Shown here piece by piece: positions 19,173-28,968 of a DNA stretch of 64,000 nucleotides (within the stretch, counting starts at the first letter, position 1; each line of letters starts with the position of its first letter). The stretch comes from an uncultured Rhodospirillaceae bacterium (GTDB taxonomy: Bacteria; Pseudomonadota; Alphaproteobacteria; SP197). Location: contig CAZGYG010000004.1 in the NCBI GenBank assembly GCA_964530335.1, positions 8,104 to 72,103 of the forward strand, given 5' to 3'. A program made the position numbers and the translations under genes. A model generated the notes under the pieces. It saw only the letters and a program-made list of their open reading frames with translations, was not told the origin of the DNA and ran no database searches.

Positions 19173-19925
19173 CTACGGTGTCGTGCCGTAACCGAAGGCG
19201 CGGATCGTCGCCTGGGCCTCGGCGCCCTTCAGGAAGTCGAGAAAGGCCAGGGCCGCGGCGTTGTCCGCGCCGTGCGCCAGCAGCACGGCCTGCTGCTCGA
19301 TCGGCGCGTGGAGCTCGGGGTCCACATCCCAGCGGCAGCCCGGCCCGGCCGGGTCCGCGATGACCTGGGACAACGCGACGAACCCGGCCTCGGCGTTGGC
19401 GGTGGCGATGAAGGCGTAGGTCTGGCCCACGTCCTGGCCCTGGACGATGCGCGCCTCGACCTGGTCCCACAGGCCGAGTGCCTCCAGCGTCTCCCGCGCC
19501 GCCCGCCCGTAGGGCGCGATGGCCGGGTTCGCGATCGCGATTCGGCTGGCGGCGCGCAGGACATCCAGGCAGTCCTTGCCGGTCGCGGCCGGGCTGCGGC
19601 TCAGCAGCACGAGGCGGCCGTAGGCGTAGGCGAAACGGTTGGCGGCGATGGCGACGCCGTCCTCGACCAGGGCGGCGGGGCGCCCGGCGTCGGCGGCGAG
19701 GAACACGTCGAACGGCGCGCCCTGGCGGATCTGGGCGTAGAGCTGGCCGGTCGAGGCGGCGGCGATCGCGATGGCGTGGCCGGTCGCCGCCGTGAAAGCC
19801 GGCGCGAGCGCCTTGAGAGGCTGGGCGAAGTTGGTGGCGACCGCGACGATCGCGGTCTCGGCCCGCGCCGTGACCGCGGCGAGCGCGATGGCGAGCGCCG
19901 CGACCCAGCCGAACCGTGCGACCAT
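19173..19925 (-). CDS. modA: Molybdate ABC transporter substrate-binding protein
   Basis: ATG (MVARFGW...) followed by a signal peptide (AALAIALAAVTARA). ModA-fold motifs (ATNFAQPL, DVFLAADA). The track ORF extends spuriously upstream to 21158. Confidence 0.85.
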   Translation of the reverse strand: MVARFGWVAALAIALAAVTARAETAIVAVATNFAQPLKALAPAFTAATGHAIAIAAASTGQLYAQIRQGAPFDVFLAADAGRPAALVEDGVAIAANRFAYAYGRLVLLSRSPAATGKDCLDVLRAASRIAIANPAIAPYGRAARETLEALGLWDQVEARIVQGQDVGQTYAFIATANAEAGFVALSQVIADPAGPGCRWDVDPELHAPIEQQAVLLAHGADNAAALAFLDFLKGAEAQATIRAFGYGTTP

Positions 19926-19936
19926 CGCCGTCCGGA

Positions 19937-20527
19937 TCAGCCTCCCGCCTTGCGGGCGAGCGCGTCGATCTGCCGCTTCAGCGCCTCGATCTGGTCCTTG
20001 AGGTCGGTGAGTTCGCCGGTCCTCGCGGGGGGAGCGTCGCCGGCGGCGGCGGCGGGCGCGGCCTGGGCGAAGGGGTAGAACATGCCCAGCGCCTTCTGGA
20101 ACATGGCCGTGTTCTCCTTGGCCAGGCCCTCGAGCTGGCCGAATGGGTAGAAGCCGCCGAAGGCCTCCTGGACCACCGTACGGTACTGCTCCTGGTTGTG
20201 TTTGAACGCCGACATGCTGAGCTCGAGGTAGCGGGGCACGAAGCTCTGCAGGTTGTCGCCGTAATAGCCGATGAGCTGGCGCAGGAAACCGATCGGCAGC
20301 AGGCTCGGCCCCTTGGACTCCTCCTCCAGGATGATCTGGGTCAGGACCCCATGGGTGATGTCGTCGCCGGATTTGGCGTCGAACACGACGAAATCGGTGC
20401 CGTCCTTGACCATGCGGCAAAGATGGTCGAGCGTGACGTAGCTCGACGTCGCCGTGTTGTAGAGCCGACGATTGGCGTATTTCTTGATGACAATCCGTTC
20501 CTTGCCCGCTTCGGTCGGCTCGGCCAT
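19937..20527 (-). CDS. phaR: Polyhydroxyalkanoate synthesis repressor PhaR
   Basis: N-terminal IVIKKYANRRLYNTATSSYVTLDHL is the PHB accumulation-regulator DNA-binding domain, followed by a PHB_acc domain and a C-terminal coiled coil. Confidence 0.9.
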   Translation of the reverse strand: MAEPTEAGKERIVIKKYANRRLYNTATSSYVTLDHLCRMVKDGTDFVVFDAKSGDDITHGVLTQIILEEESKGPSLLPIGFLRQLIGYYGDNLQSFVPRYLELSMSAFKHNQEQYRTVVQEAFGGFYPFGQLEGLAKENTAMFQKALGMFYPFAQAAPAAAAGDAPPARTGELTDLKDQIEALKRQIDALARKAGG

Positions 20528-20583
20528 GGCCGTGGCTCCTTCGCGCTGCGCGCGCCGCCTGAATCTGGCCCCTGCCTACCTTC

Positions 20584-20622
20584 TTCGCAAGCGCACACAG
20601 AATTTTCGCAGCGCGGTATATT
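20584..20622. promoter_or_regulatory. Imperfect direct repeat TTCGCAAGCGC / TTCGCAGCGC plus TATATT -10-like hexamer in the phaR / small-ORF-phaC divergent intergenic region (candidate PhaR operator or promoter)
   Basis: Seen directly in the sequence, immediately 5' of the ATG at 20629. PhaR proteins are known to autoregulate and to bind repeats upstream of phasin/pha genes. Confidence 0.3.
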
Positions 20623-20628
20623 GCCGCC

Positions 20629-20985
20629 ATGAGCGAGGACAAGACGAAGACCAAGGACGGGGCCATGGCCGAGGGCAAGGACCACGCCGATCTGGCGCGC
20701 CGGTATCTGGACCTGTGGCAACGGCAGGTGGCCGCGATGGCCACCGACCCCGCCCTGGTCGAACTGGCCCGCCGCTTCTTCCAGCCGTTCGGGACCGGCG
20801 ATGGCGCTGACGCCGCAACGGCCAGGTCCGCGCCCGCTGCCGCTGCATCTGGCGACATCGTGGCTCGTCTCGACGAGCTCGCTCGCCGCCTTGCCGCTTG
20901 CGAGGAGCGGCTCGCTGCCCTGGAGCCCGGAGCTCGAGGCGGCGGGGCAGGCGCTCGCCCACGAGCTCGCCGCCGCCGATCCTGA
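20629..20985 (+). CDS. Small coiled-coil protein upstream of and overlapping phaC (118 aa); candidate small PHA-synthase partner subunit, or the displaced N-terminal segment of phaC
   Basis: ATG with the upstream repeat/-10 elements. Residues 1-100 look genuinely coding (DLARRYLDLWQRQVAAMATDPALVELARRFFQPF...IVARLDELARRLAACEERLAALE), while the final ~18 aa (PGARGGGAGARPRARRRRS) look like out-of-frame read-through. Overlaps phaC ORF 20801 in the +1 frame. Confidence 0.4.
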   Translation: MSEDKTKTKDGAMAEGKDHADLARRYLDLWQRQVAAMATDPALVELARRFFQPFGTGDGADAATARSAPAAAASGDIVARLDELARRLAACEERLAALEPGARGGGAGARPRARRRRS

Positions 20986-22015
20986 GGCCCTGGCCCGCGC
21001 GGTCGGGGACGAGGCGGAGCATCGCCTCGCCAGCCTGGTCGACGGGGTCGAGGCCTACCAGCGCCATCCTTACCGGCGCCAGCCGCCGGCCGTGCGCGTG
21101 GCCTGGCAGGCGGGCACGACGCGCCTGCTCGATTACGGCCCGCCGGGCGCGCCGCCATTGCTCGTGGTGCCGTCGCTCATCAACCGGGCCTACGTGCTCG
21201 ACCTGGCGCCCGAATGCAGCCTGCTCGGCGCGCTCAAGGCGCAAGGCCTGCGGCCGTACCTGGTCGACTGGGATGCTCCCGGCGCGGCCGAGCGCGCGTT
21301 CACGTTTACGGATTACATCGCCGGCCGGCTCGAGCGCGCGCTCGACGCCGTGCTGGCCGAATCGGGCCCGCCGGTCGTGATCGGCTACTGCATGGGCGGC
21401 AACCTGGCGCTGGCGCTGGCGCTTCGGCGCCGCCGCGACATCGCCGGGCTCGCCCTGCTGGCGACGCCGTGGGACTTCGGCCAGGACGCGCCGCCGTACG
21501 CGCGCCTGTTCGCCACGCCGGCGGCGCGCTGGGCGCTGCGCCGGATGGGCATGCTGCCCGTCGACCTGATCCAGGCTCTGCTGGCCACGCTCGACCCCAA
21601 CCAGGTGCCGAACAAGATGCGGTCGTTCGCCCGCCTCGATCCGTCGTCGGCGTCGTCGCGCGTGTTCGTCGCGCTCGAGGACTGGCTCAACGACGGCGTG
21701 GCGCTGGCCGGGCCGGTGGCCGAGGAATGCCTGGCCGGCTGGTACGGGCTCAACGAACCCGCGCGAGGGGCTTGGCGCGTGGCCGGCGAGCCGGTGTTGC
21801 CCGAGTCCTGGCCGGGGCCGACGCTCGTGGTCGTGCCGGCGCGCGACCGCATCGTGCCGCCGGCCTCCGCCGAGGCCCTGGCCCGCGCCTTGCCCGGGGC
21901 GCAAGTGCTGCGCCCGGCGGCCGGTCACATCGGCATGGTCGTCGGACGCAACGCCCTGACCGTGCTGTGGCGCCCGCTCGGCGACTGGCTGGCCGCGACG
22001 CTTTCCCGCGCGTGA
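20801..22015 (+). CDS. phaC: Poly(3-hydroxyalkanoate) synthase, two-component type (class III/IV-like PhaC, alpha/beta-hydrolase fold)
   Basis: Lipase-box GYCMGG with the catalytic Cys, followed by the conserved Asp/His region. Size (~350-400 aa) and motif arrangement match class III/IV PhaC as I recall. The true start is uncertain: the first ~40 aa from ATG 20801 look non-coding and overlap the small upstream ORF. Confidence 0.75.
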   Translation: MALTPQRPGPRPLPLHLATSWLVSTSSLAALPLARSGSLPWSPELEAAGQALAHELAAADPEALARAVGDEAEHRLASLVDGVEAYQRHPYRRQPPAVRVAWQAGTTRLLDYGPPGAPPLLVVPSLINRAYVLDLAPECSLLGALKAQGLRPYLVDWDAPGAAERAFTFTDYIAGRLERALDAVLAESGPPVVIGYCMGGNLALALALRRRRDIAGLALLATPWDFGQDAPPYARLFATPAARWALRRMGMLPVDLIQALLATLDPNQVPNKMRSFARLDPSSASSRVFVALEDWLNDGVALAGPVAEECLAGWYGLNEPARGAWRVAGEPVLPESWPGPTLVVVPARDRIVPPASAEALARALPGAQVLRPAAGHIGMVVGRNALTVLWRPLGDWLAATLSRA

Positions 22016-23266
<1,251 letters not shown>

Positions 23267-23286
23267 ACGAGCCGGGAGAGCGAGTC

Positions 23287-24009
23287 ATGGCTCGGGTCGC
23301 GCTCGTGACCGGCGGCACGCGCGGCATCGGCGCGGCGATCAGCCGGGCGCTGAAGGACGCCGGCTACAAGGTCGCGGCCAACTACGGCGGCAACCGGGCC
23401 AGGGCCGACGCCTTCTCCCGGGACACCGGCATCCCGAGCTACCAGTGGGACGTCGGCGACTTCAAGGCGACGGCGACCGGCATCGCCAGCGTCACCGACG
23501 ATCTCGGCGCCATCGACGTGCTGGTCAACAACGCCGGCATCACCCGCGACGCGCCGCTGCACCGCATGACCGAGGAGCAGTGGGACGAGGTGATCCGCGT
23601 CGATCTGTCGAGCTGCTACAACACGTGCCGCGCGGTCGTCGACGGCATGCGCGAACGCGGCTTCGGGCGCATCGTCAACATCTCGTCGATCAACGGCCAG
23701 GCCGGCCAGTTCGGCCAGGCCAACTACTCGGCCGCCAAGGCCGGCATCATCGGCTTCACCAAGGCGCTCGCGCTGGAAGGCGCCCGGCGCGGCATCACGG
23801 TCAACGCCATTTGCCCGGGCTACATCGACACCGAGATGGTCCAGGCGGTGCCCGATAACGTGCTCCAGACCATCATCGCCAGGATTCCGGTGGGGCGGCT
23901 CGGCTCGGCCGAGGAAATCGCCCGCGCGGTCCTGTTCCTGGTCGCCGACGAGGCGGGGTTCGTCACCGGCGCGACGCTGACCATCAACGGCGGCCAGTAC
24001 CTGACCTAG
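23287..24009 (+). CDS. phaB: Acetoacetyl-CoA reductase (SDR)
   Basis: ATG at 23287 ([18 protein letters not shown]). NNAG, YSAAKAG catalytic Tyr-Lys, 241 aa. Follows phaA. Confidence 0.9.
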   Translation: MARVALVTGGTRGIGAAISRALKDAGYKVAANYGGNRARADAFSRDTGIPSYQWDVGDFKATATGIASVTDDLGAIDVLVNNAGITRDAPLHRMTEEQWDEVIRVDLSSCYNTCRAVVDGMRERGFGRIVNISSINGQAGQFGQANYSAAKAGIIGFTKALALEGARRGITVNAICPGYIDTEMVQAVPDNVLQTIIARIPVGRLGSAEEIARAVLFLVADEAGFVTGATLTINGGQYLT

Positions 24010-24170
24010 CTGGATCGCGCCTAGGGCTCAGGCCGACCAACTCGAATTCGGGCGCATTGCCGCCGCGATCGCGTGGGTGGATGAGACGATCCGAGCCTCG
24101 GCTCGCTGGCATCCGTTCAAGACCGTTCGCCGAACTTTTCATCCAAGGCACGACGCCCCAGGGCGATCGC

Positions 24171-24199
24171 TTGACCCATCTTTGGACCGTAATTACAAT
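24171..24199 (+). promoter_or_regulatory. Sigma70-type promoter TTGACC-N17-TACAAT upstream of the mazEF-like operon
   Basis: Near-consensus -35 and -10 hexamers with 17-bp spacing in a locally AT-rich 215-bp intergenic region. The ATG of the antitoxin lies 27 nt downstream of the -10. Confidence 0.55.
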
Positions 24200-24225
24200 G
24201 GGCGTCCAACCATTCGTGGGTCGAG

Positions 24226-24477
24226 ATGAAGGTCAACGTCGTCCGGATCGGAAATTCGCGAGGCATTAGGCTTCCGAAGGCGATCATCGATCAGTGTCGC
24301 TTTGGCGAGAGCGTGGAGCTCGCCGTTCGCGGGGAAACCCTCCACGTCCGGGCCGCCAAGGACGTCCGCGAGGGTTGGAGCGACGCCTTCGCCGCCATGG
24401 CGGACAACGAAGACGATGGCTTGATCGACGGCGAACAACGACCGACCGCCTGGGACCGGTCGGAATGGCGGTGGTGA
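24226..24477 (+). CDS. Type II antitoxin, AbrB/MazE (SpoVT-AbrB fold) family
   Basis: 83 aa. The N-terminus MKVNVVRIGNSRGIRLPKAIIDQ is a typical swapped-hairpin AbrB/MazE DNA-binding motif, followed by an acidic C-terminus. Overlaps the downstream toxin gene. Confidence 0.8.
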   Translation: MKVNVVRIGNSRGIRLPKAIIDQCRFGESVELAVRGETLHVRAAKDVREGWSDAFAAMADNEDDGLIDGEQRPTAWDRSEWRW

Positions 24478-24800
24478 CCGCGGTTCGACGGTTCGTGGTC
24501 TATCTGGTCGCGCTCGATCCCACCCAGGGCGCCGAACTGCGCAAGACTCGGCCGTGTGTCGTCGTCTCCCCCGACGAGATGAACCGAAACATCGCCACCG
24601 TGATCGTCGCGCCCATGACGTCGCGATTGCGCGGTTATCCGACGCGCATTCCGACCCGATTCGGCGGAAAAAAGGGCGAAGTGGTCCTCGATCAATTGCG
24701 GACCGTGGACAAGTCCCGCCTGATCCGGCGACTCGGATCACTGGATGCGGCCACGCAAAGGTCCGTGCTCAGGGTTCTGGCCGAAATGTTCGCGCCCTGA
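24465..24800 (+). CDS. Type II toxin, PemK/MazF family endoribonuclease
   Basis: ATG at 24465 overlapping the antitoxin by 13 nt. Sequence RFVVYLVALDPTQGAELRKTRPCVVVSPDEMN...VIVAPMTS is the PemK/MazF SH3-like barrel signature. 111 aa. Confidence 0.8.
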   Translation: MAVVTAVRRFVVYLVALDPTQGAELRKTRPCVVVSPDEMNRNIATVIVAPMTSRLRGYPTRIPTRFGGKKGEVVLDQLRTVDKSRLIRRLGSLDAATQRSVLRVLAEMFAP

Positions 24801-24852
24801 GAGCCGATCACGTGGTGCGAACGAGCGGGCCGGCGAACCGCGCCGTCCCCGG

Positions 24853-25470
24853 CTACACCGGGTCCTTCGGACCCGAGCCCGCCATTGACGGGCGCTTGGA
24901 GAAGGACTTGAACCAGCGGCCGAGCTTGGTCCGGCCCTTGCGCCACTTGAGGTCCGGGAACCGGAAATCGAGGTAGCCGAGCGCGCAGCCCATGGTGATC
25001 GTGCCCACCGTGGGCGCGCGCCCGATCTCCTTGGCCACGAGCATCGCCTCGAACGCGTCCAGCGCGGTCGTGATCTTCTTCATGTGCTTGTCGACGAACG
25101 GCTGGTGCTGCTTCTCGGCGGGGCGCTGCTTGCGCTCGCCCATGACCAGCACCGCCGCGTCGAGCACGCCGTCGCCGAGCGCCTGGAGCTTGAGCGCCTT
25201 GAACCGCTTCGGCCCGCGCGCCGGAATCAGCCGGCGCCCCTTGGCCTGGCTGTCGAGGTACTCGCAGATGACCGGGCTGTCGAACAGCACCTCGCCTTCG
25301 TCGGTCACGAGCGCCGGCACCTTGCCCAGCGGGTTGAGGCGATCGAGTCCCGAGGCCGGGTCCGCCGCGTTGGTGGGGACGAGATCGACGCGATCCGAGA
25401 GTCCCTTCTCGGCGGCGGTGACGACGACCTTGCGCACGTAGGGCGAGGTCGGAGAGAAGCGCAGCTTCAT
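24853..25470 (-). CDS. Glutathione S-transferase family protein
   Basis: ATG with GGAGACCGCG RBS. Thioredoxin-like N-terminus (SPTSPYVRKV...KVPALVTDEGEVLFDSPVICEYL) and C-terminal GST domain. 206 aa. The track ORF has a spurious N-terminal extension. Confidence 0.85.
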   Translation of the reverse strand: MKLRFSPTSPYVRKVVVTAAEKGLSDRVDLVPTNAADPASGLDRLNPLGKVPALVTDEGEVLFDSPVICEYLDSQAKGRRLIPARGPKRFKALKLQALGDGVLDAAVLVMGERKQRPAEKQHQPFVDKHMKKITTALDAFEAMLVAKEIGRAPTVGTITMGCALGYLDFRFPDLKWRKGRTKLGRWFKSFSKRPSMAGSGPKDPV

Positions 25471-25487
25471 CGCGGTCTCCTTAGTCC

Positions 25488-26264
25488 CTAGAAGTTGTCC
25501 TTCAGCCGCCGGACGGCGGCGAACACGGTGGCGGCATCGGCCGCCTCGAGGTTCAGCCGGCGGCGGATTTCCGGGCTTTCGGGCCTGAGGAACGGGTTGG
25601 TCTCCCGCTCCTCGGCCAGCGTCGATGGCACGGTCGGAAGGCCCGCGGCCCGCGCCGCGTCGATCGCGCGCGCCCGCCGGCCGAGCGCCGCGTTGCCCGG
25701 CTCGACGGTGAGCGCGAAGCGCGCGTTGGCCTGGGTGTATTCGTGGCCGCAGTAGACCTGGGTCGCCCCCGGCAGCCGACGCAGCCTGGCGAGGCTCGAC
25801 CACATCTGGGCCGGCGTGCCCTCGAACAGACGGCCGCAGCCCAGCGCGAACAGGGTGTCGCCCACGAACAGCGCCTCGGATTCGGCGAACCAGTAGGCGA
25901 TGTGGCCGCGGGTGTGGCCGGGTATGTCGAACACCTCGGCCGAGGCCTCGCCGAAGCGATAGACCTCGCCGTCGCCGACGGCCACATCGATTCCGGGGAT
26001 GCGCGCCCGATCGGCCAGCGGCCCGACGACCGTGCAGCCGGTCGCCTTCTTGAGCGCCAGGTTGCCGCCGACGTGGTCGCCGTGGTGGTGGGTGTTGAGG
26101 ATGTGGGTCAGTCGCCAGCCGCGCGCCCCGAGGGCGGCCAGCACGGGATCGGCCACCGACGGGTCGACGACACCGACCACACCCGCCGCCGCTTCGCGCA
26201 CGAGGTAGACGTAGTTGTCCGTGAGGACGGGAATCTGGACGATCTCGAGGCGGGCCATGGCCAC
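25488..26264 (-). CDS. gloB: Hydroxyacylglutathione hydrolase (glyoxalase II)
   Basis: Metallo-beta-lactamase HxHxDH motif (THHHGDHVGG), GHTRGH, C-terminal HAGH_C region. GTG/ATG start at 26264/26258. Confidence 0.85.
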   Translation of the reverse strand: MAMARLEIVQIPVLTDNYVYLVREAAAGVVGVVDPSVADPVLAALGARGWRLTHILNTHHHGDHVGGNLALKKATGCTVVGPLADRARIPGIDVAVGDGEVYRFGEASAEVFDIPGHTRGHIAYWFAESEALFVGDTLFALGCGRLFEGTPAQMWSSLARLRRLPGATQVYCGHEYTQANARFALTVEPGNAALGRRARAIDAARAAGLPTVPSTLAEERETNPFLRPESPEIRRRLNLEAADAATVFAAVRRLKDNF

Positions 26265-26302
26265 GGGCCGCCGGGCGGCCCCTATGTTAGAGTCGTGCGA
26301 CG

Positions 26303-27052
26303 ATGTACCAAGATGTCGTCGATCTCAACGTCTTCTATAACAGCTTTCGCGGCCAGGTCGCCCGTCGTCAGGTCCGCGCGCGCATTCGCGGCCATTGGGC
26401 CTCGGTCGCCGGCCTCGGCGTGCTTGGGCTCGGTTTCGCGACGCCCTATCTGCGCCTGTTCCGCGACGAGGCCAGGCGCACCGTCGCGGTCATGCCAGCC
26501 GCCCAGGGCATTTCGCCGTGGCCCGGCGACGGGCCGTCGCTGGTTTCGCTGGCCGACGAGACCGAACTGCCGTTTCCCGACGAATCCTTCGATCGCGTTC
26601 TCCTGGTCCACGCCATCGAAACGAGCGAGAGCGTGCGCGCCATGCTGCGCGAGGTGTGGCGCGTGCTCGCGGGCAGCGGCCGGCTGCTGGTCGTGGCGCC
26701 GAACCGGCGCGGCCTGTGGGCGCGCATCGAGAACAACCCGTTCGCCCACGGCCATCCGTTCAGCGAATCCCAGCTCACGCGGCTGCTGCGCGAGGCCCAG
26801 TTCTCGCCCGAGAGCGCGTCGACCGCGCTCTACGTACCGCCGAGCAACCTGCGGCTCGCGCTGCGCGCGGCCGGGGCCTGGGAGAGCATCGGGCATCGCT
26901 GGGGACTGCCCTTCGCCGGCGTGATCCTGGTCGAGGCGACCAAGCGCATCTACGCCGCGACGCCCGAGCGCGCGCGTGCCCGCCGGGCGCGGCTGCGCCC
27001 GGCGTTGGCGTTGCCGGGCGCCCCAGGCGGCGTCACGCCGGGGGGCGGCTGA
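26303..27052 (+). CDS. Class I SAM-dependent methyltransferase (Methyltransf_11-like)
   Basis: Divergent from gloB, a conserved pairing in alphaproteobacteria as far as I can recall. Motif region DESFDRVLLVHAIETSESVRAMLREVWRVLAGSGRLLV. Confidence 0.65.
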   Translation: MYQDVVDLNVFYNSFRGQVARRQVRARIRGHWASVAGLGVLGLGFATPYLRLFRDEARRTVAVMPAAQGISPWPGDGPSLVSLADETELPFPDESFDRVLLVHAIETSESVRAMLREVWRVLAGSGRLLVVAPNRRGLWARIENNPFAHGHPFSESQLTRLLREAQFSPESASTALYVPPSNLRLALRAAGAWESIGHRWGLPFAGVILVEATKRIYAATPERARARRARLRPALALPGAPGGVTPGGG

Positions 27053-27659
27053 GCAGGAACACGGCCTCGCGCGCGAGGAGGTTGGCGCAACGGCCGAGCG
27101 GCGCGACCGTGCCGTGCTCGCGCACGACCCAGCCGCGTTCGATGACGATGCCGGCACGCCGGCACAGCTCGACGAAGTCGGCGACGGAGCAGGGATGGAT
27201 GCTCGGCGTGCGGTACCAGGGCTGTTCGATCAGCGTGCCGCCCGGCACCCGGCCGCCGAACGCGAGTTCGAGGCGCGCGCTCCAATGCCCGAAGTTCGCG
27301 AACGAAACGATCGCGCGCCGGCCGATGCGCAACATCTGCTCGAGCACGCGGCGCGGCCGGCCGACCGCCTGCAGCGTCTGGCTCAGCACGACGACGTCGA
27401 ACGAGGCGTCAGGGTAGTCGGCCAGGTCGATGTCCGCGTTGCCCTGGATGACCGAAAGTCCGCGCGTGACGCAGGCGTTGACGCCGGCCATGGAAAGCTC
27501 GATGCCGCGGCCGTCGACCTCCTTCTCGCGCCACAGCGTCTCGAGCAGATGGCCGTCGCCGCAGCCGATGTCGAGCACGCGCGCGCCCTTGGGCACCAGG
27601 TCGGCAACCAGCCGCAAGTCGGGGCGCAGGAGCCGGCGCCCGTCCGCGGCTCCGGTCAT
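27033..27659 (-). CDS. metW: Methionine biosynthesis protein MetW
   Basis: ATG at 27659 overlaps the metX stop (ATGA). SAM-MT motif VLDIGCGDG. 209 aa. Canonical metXW pair. Confidence 0.85.
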   Translation of the reverse strand: MTGAADGRRLLRPDLRLVADLVPKGARVLDIGCGDGHLLETLWREKEVDGRGIELSMAGVNACVTRGLSVIQGNADIDLADYPDASFDVVVLSQTLQAVGRPRRVLEQMLRIGRRAIVSFANFGHWSARLELAFGGRVPGGTLIEQPWYRTPSIHPCSVADFVELCRRAGIVIERGWVVREHGTVAPLGRCANLLAREAVFLLSRPPA

Positions 27660-28831
27660 GCCGGAGGCAGGCCACGGTGCTCCGCCGCGCCGGCGAGAAA
27701 CCCGGCGAGCGTGGCGTGCAGCTCCGGCTCGTCGAGCAGGAAGGCGTCGTGGCCCTTGTCGGACTCGATCTCGACGAAGCTCACGTTCGCGGCCGCGGCG
27801 TTGAGCGCGCGCACGACGTCGCGGCTCTCGCGCGTGGGGAACAGCCAGTCGCCGGTGAACGAGATGACGCAGAACCGCGTTCGCGTCCCCTCGAACGCCC
27901 GCGCGAGCTGGCCGTCGTGGCGCGCCGCCAGGTCGAAGTAGTCCATGGCTCGCGTGATGATGAGGTACGAGTTGGCGTCGAAGCGCTCGACGAAGCTCGC
28001 GCCCTGGTGGCGCAGGTAGCTTTCGACCTGGAATTCCGCGTCGAAGCCGTAGCTCAGGTGCTCGCGGTCCTGGAGCTGACGCCCGAACTTGCGGTGCATC
28101 GCGGCGTCGGACAGATACGTAATATGCGCCGCCATGCGCGCCACCGAGAGCCCGTGCACCGGGCGCCGGCCGTGTTCGGCGTAGGCGCCGCCGCACCAGT
28201 CGGGATCGGCTTTGATCGCCTGGCGGCCGACCTCGTGGAAGGCGATGTTCTGGGCCGAATGGCGCGCCGAACCGGCGATCGGGACCGCGCTGTAGACGCG
28301 CTCGGGAAAGCTCGCCGCCCACTCCAGCGCCTGCATCGCGCCGAGCGATCCGCCGGTGACGCAGAACAGGCTTTCGATTCCCAGGTGGTCGAGCAGCATG
28401 GCGTGGGCGCGCACCATATCGCGCACGGTGATGACCGGGAACGCGAGGCCATAGCGGCGGCCCGTGCGCGGGTCGATGTCGCTCGGGCCGACGGTGCCCA
28501 TGCAGCCGCCGAGCACGTTGGCGCAGATGACGAAGAAGCGCCGCGTGTCGAGCACCTTGCCGGGCCCGACCATGGCCTCCCACCAGCCTTCCTTGCCGGT
28601 GATCGGGTGCGGGCCGACCAGGTACTGGTCGCCGGTCAGCGCGTGGCACACCATGATCGCGTTCGATCGCTCGGCATTCAGTCGGCCGTACGTCTGGTAC
28701 GCCACGGGAAACGGCCCGAACTCGCCGCCGCCGTCGAGCCGGAGTGGCGTCTCCACGCCGAGCATGACCGAGGGCCCCGGAAGGGCGCGGCGAACGTCGG
28801 TCGGCGCTGGGCCAGGGGCTGGGCTGGACAT
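27656..28831 (-). CDS. metX: Homoserine O-acetyltransferase
   Basis: Alpha/beta-hydrolase with nucleophile elbow ([12 protein letters not shown]) and C-terminal HDAF. Start chosen at ATG 28831 (MSSPAPG...); longer alternatives at 28873 or 28897 are possible. Confidence 0.8.
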   Translation of the reverse strand: MSSPAPGPAPTDVRRALPGPSVMLGVETPLRLDGGGEFGPFPVAYQTYGRLNAERSNAIMVCHALTGDQYLVGPHPITGKEGWWEAMVGPGKVLDTRRFFVICANVLGGCMGTVGPSDIDPRTGRRYGLAFPVITVRDMVRAHAMLLDHLGIESLFCVTGGSLGAMQALEWAASFPERVYSAVPIAGSARHSAQNIAFHEVGRQAIKADPDWCGGAYAEHGRRPVHGLSVARMAAHITYLSDAAMHRKFGRQLQDREHLSYGFDAEFQVESYLRHQGASFVERFDANSYLIITRAMDYFDLAARHDGQLARAFEGTRTRFCVISFTGDWLFPTRESRDVVRALNAAAANVSFVEIESDKGHDAFLLDEPELHATLAGFLAGAAEHRGLPPA

Positions 28832-28968
28832 CCGGTTCAAGGCTCGCGGGCCCGAGCCGCGCGGCCATCGCATCACTAGGTCGCGCGTTCGATCCATGTC
28901 AATCTATTCTTTGCTTTGCACCATCCGGTCCGCTACCACTAGCCCCCGCCTTCGGAGCCCTGTTCCCC

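Noticed and set aside
28832-28968. SAM-II riboswitch upstream of metX.
   Set aside because: The conserved SAM-II core (GAUUUUUGGC ... AAAGCU pseudoknot) could not be found by eye. Only an AT-rich patch and a -35-like hexamer are present, so this is left as a low-interest finding rather than a feature.
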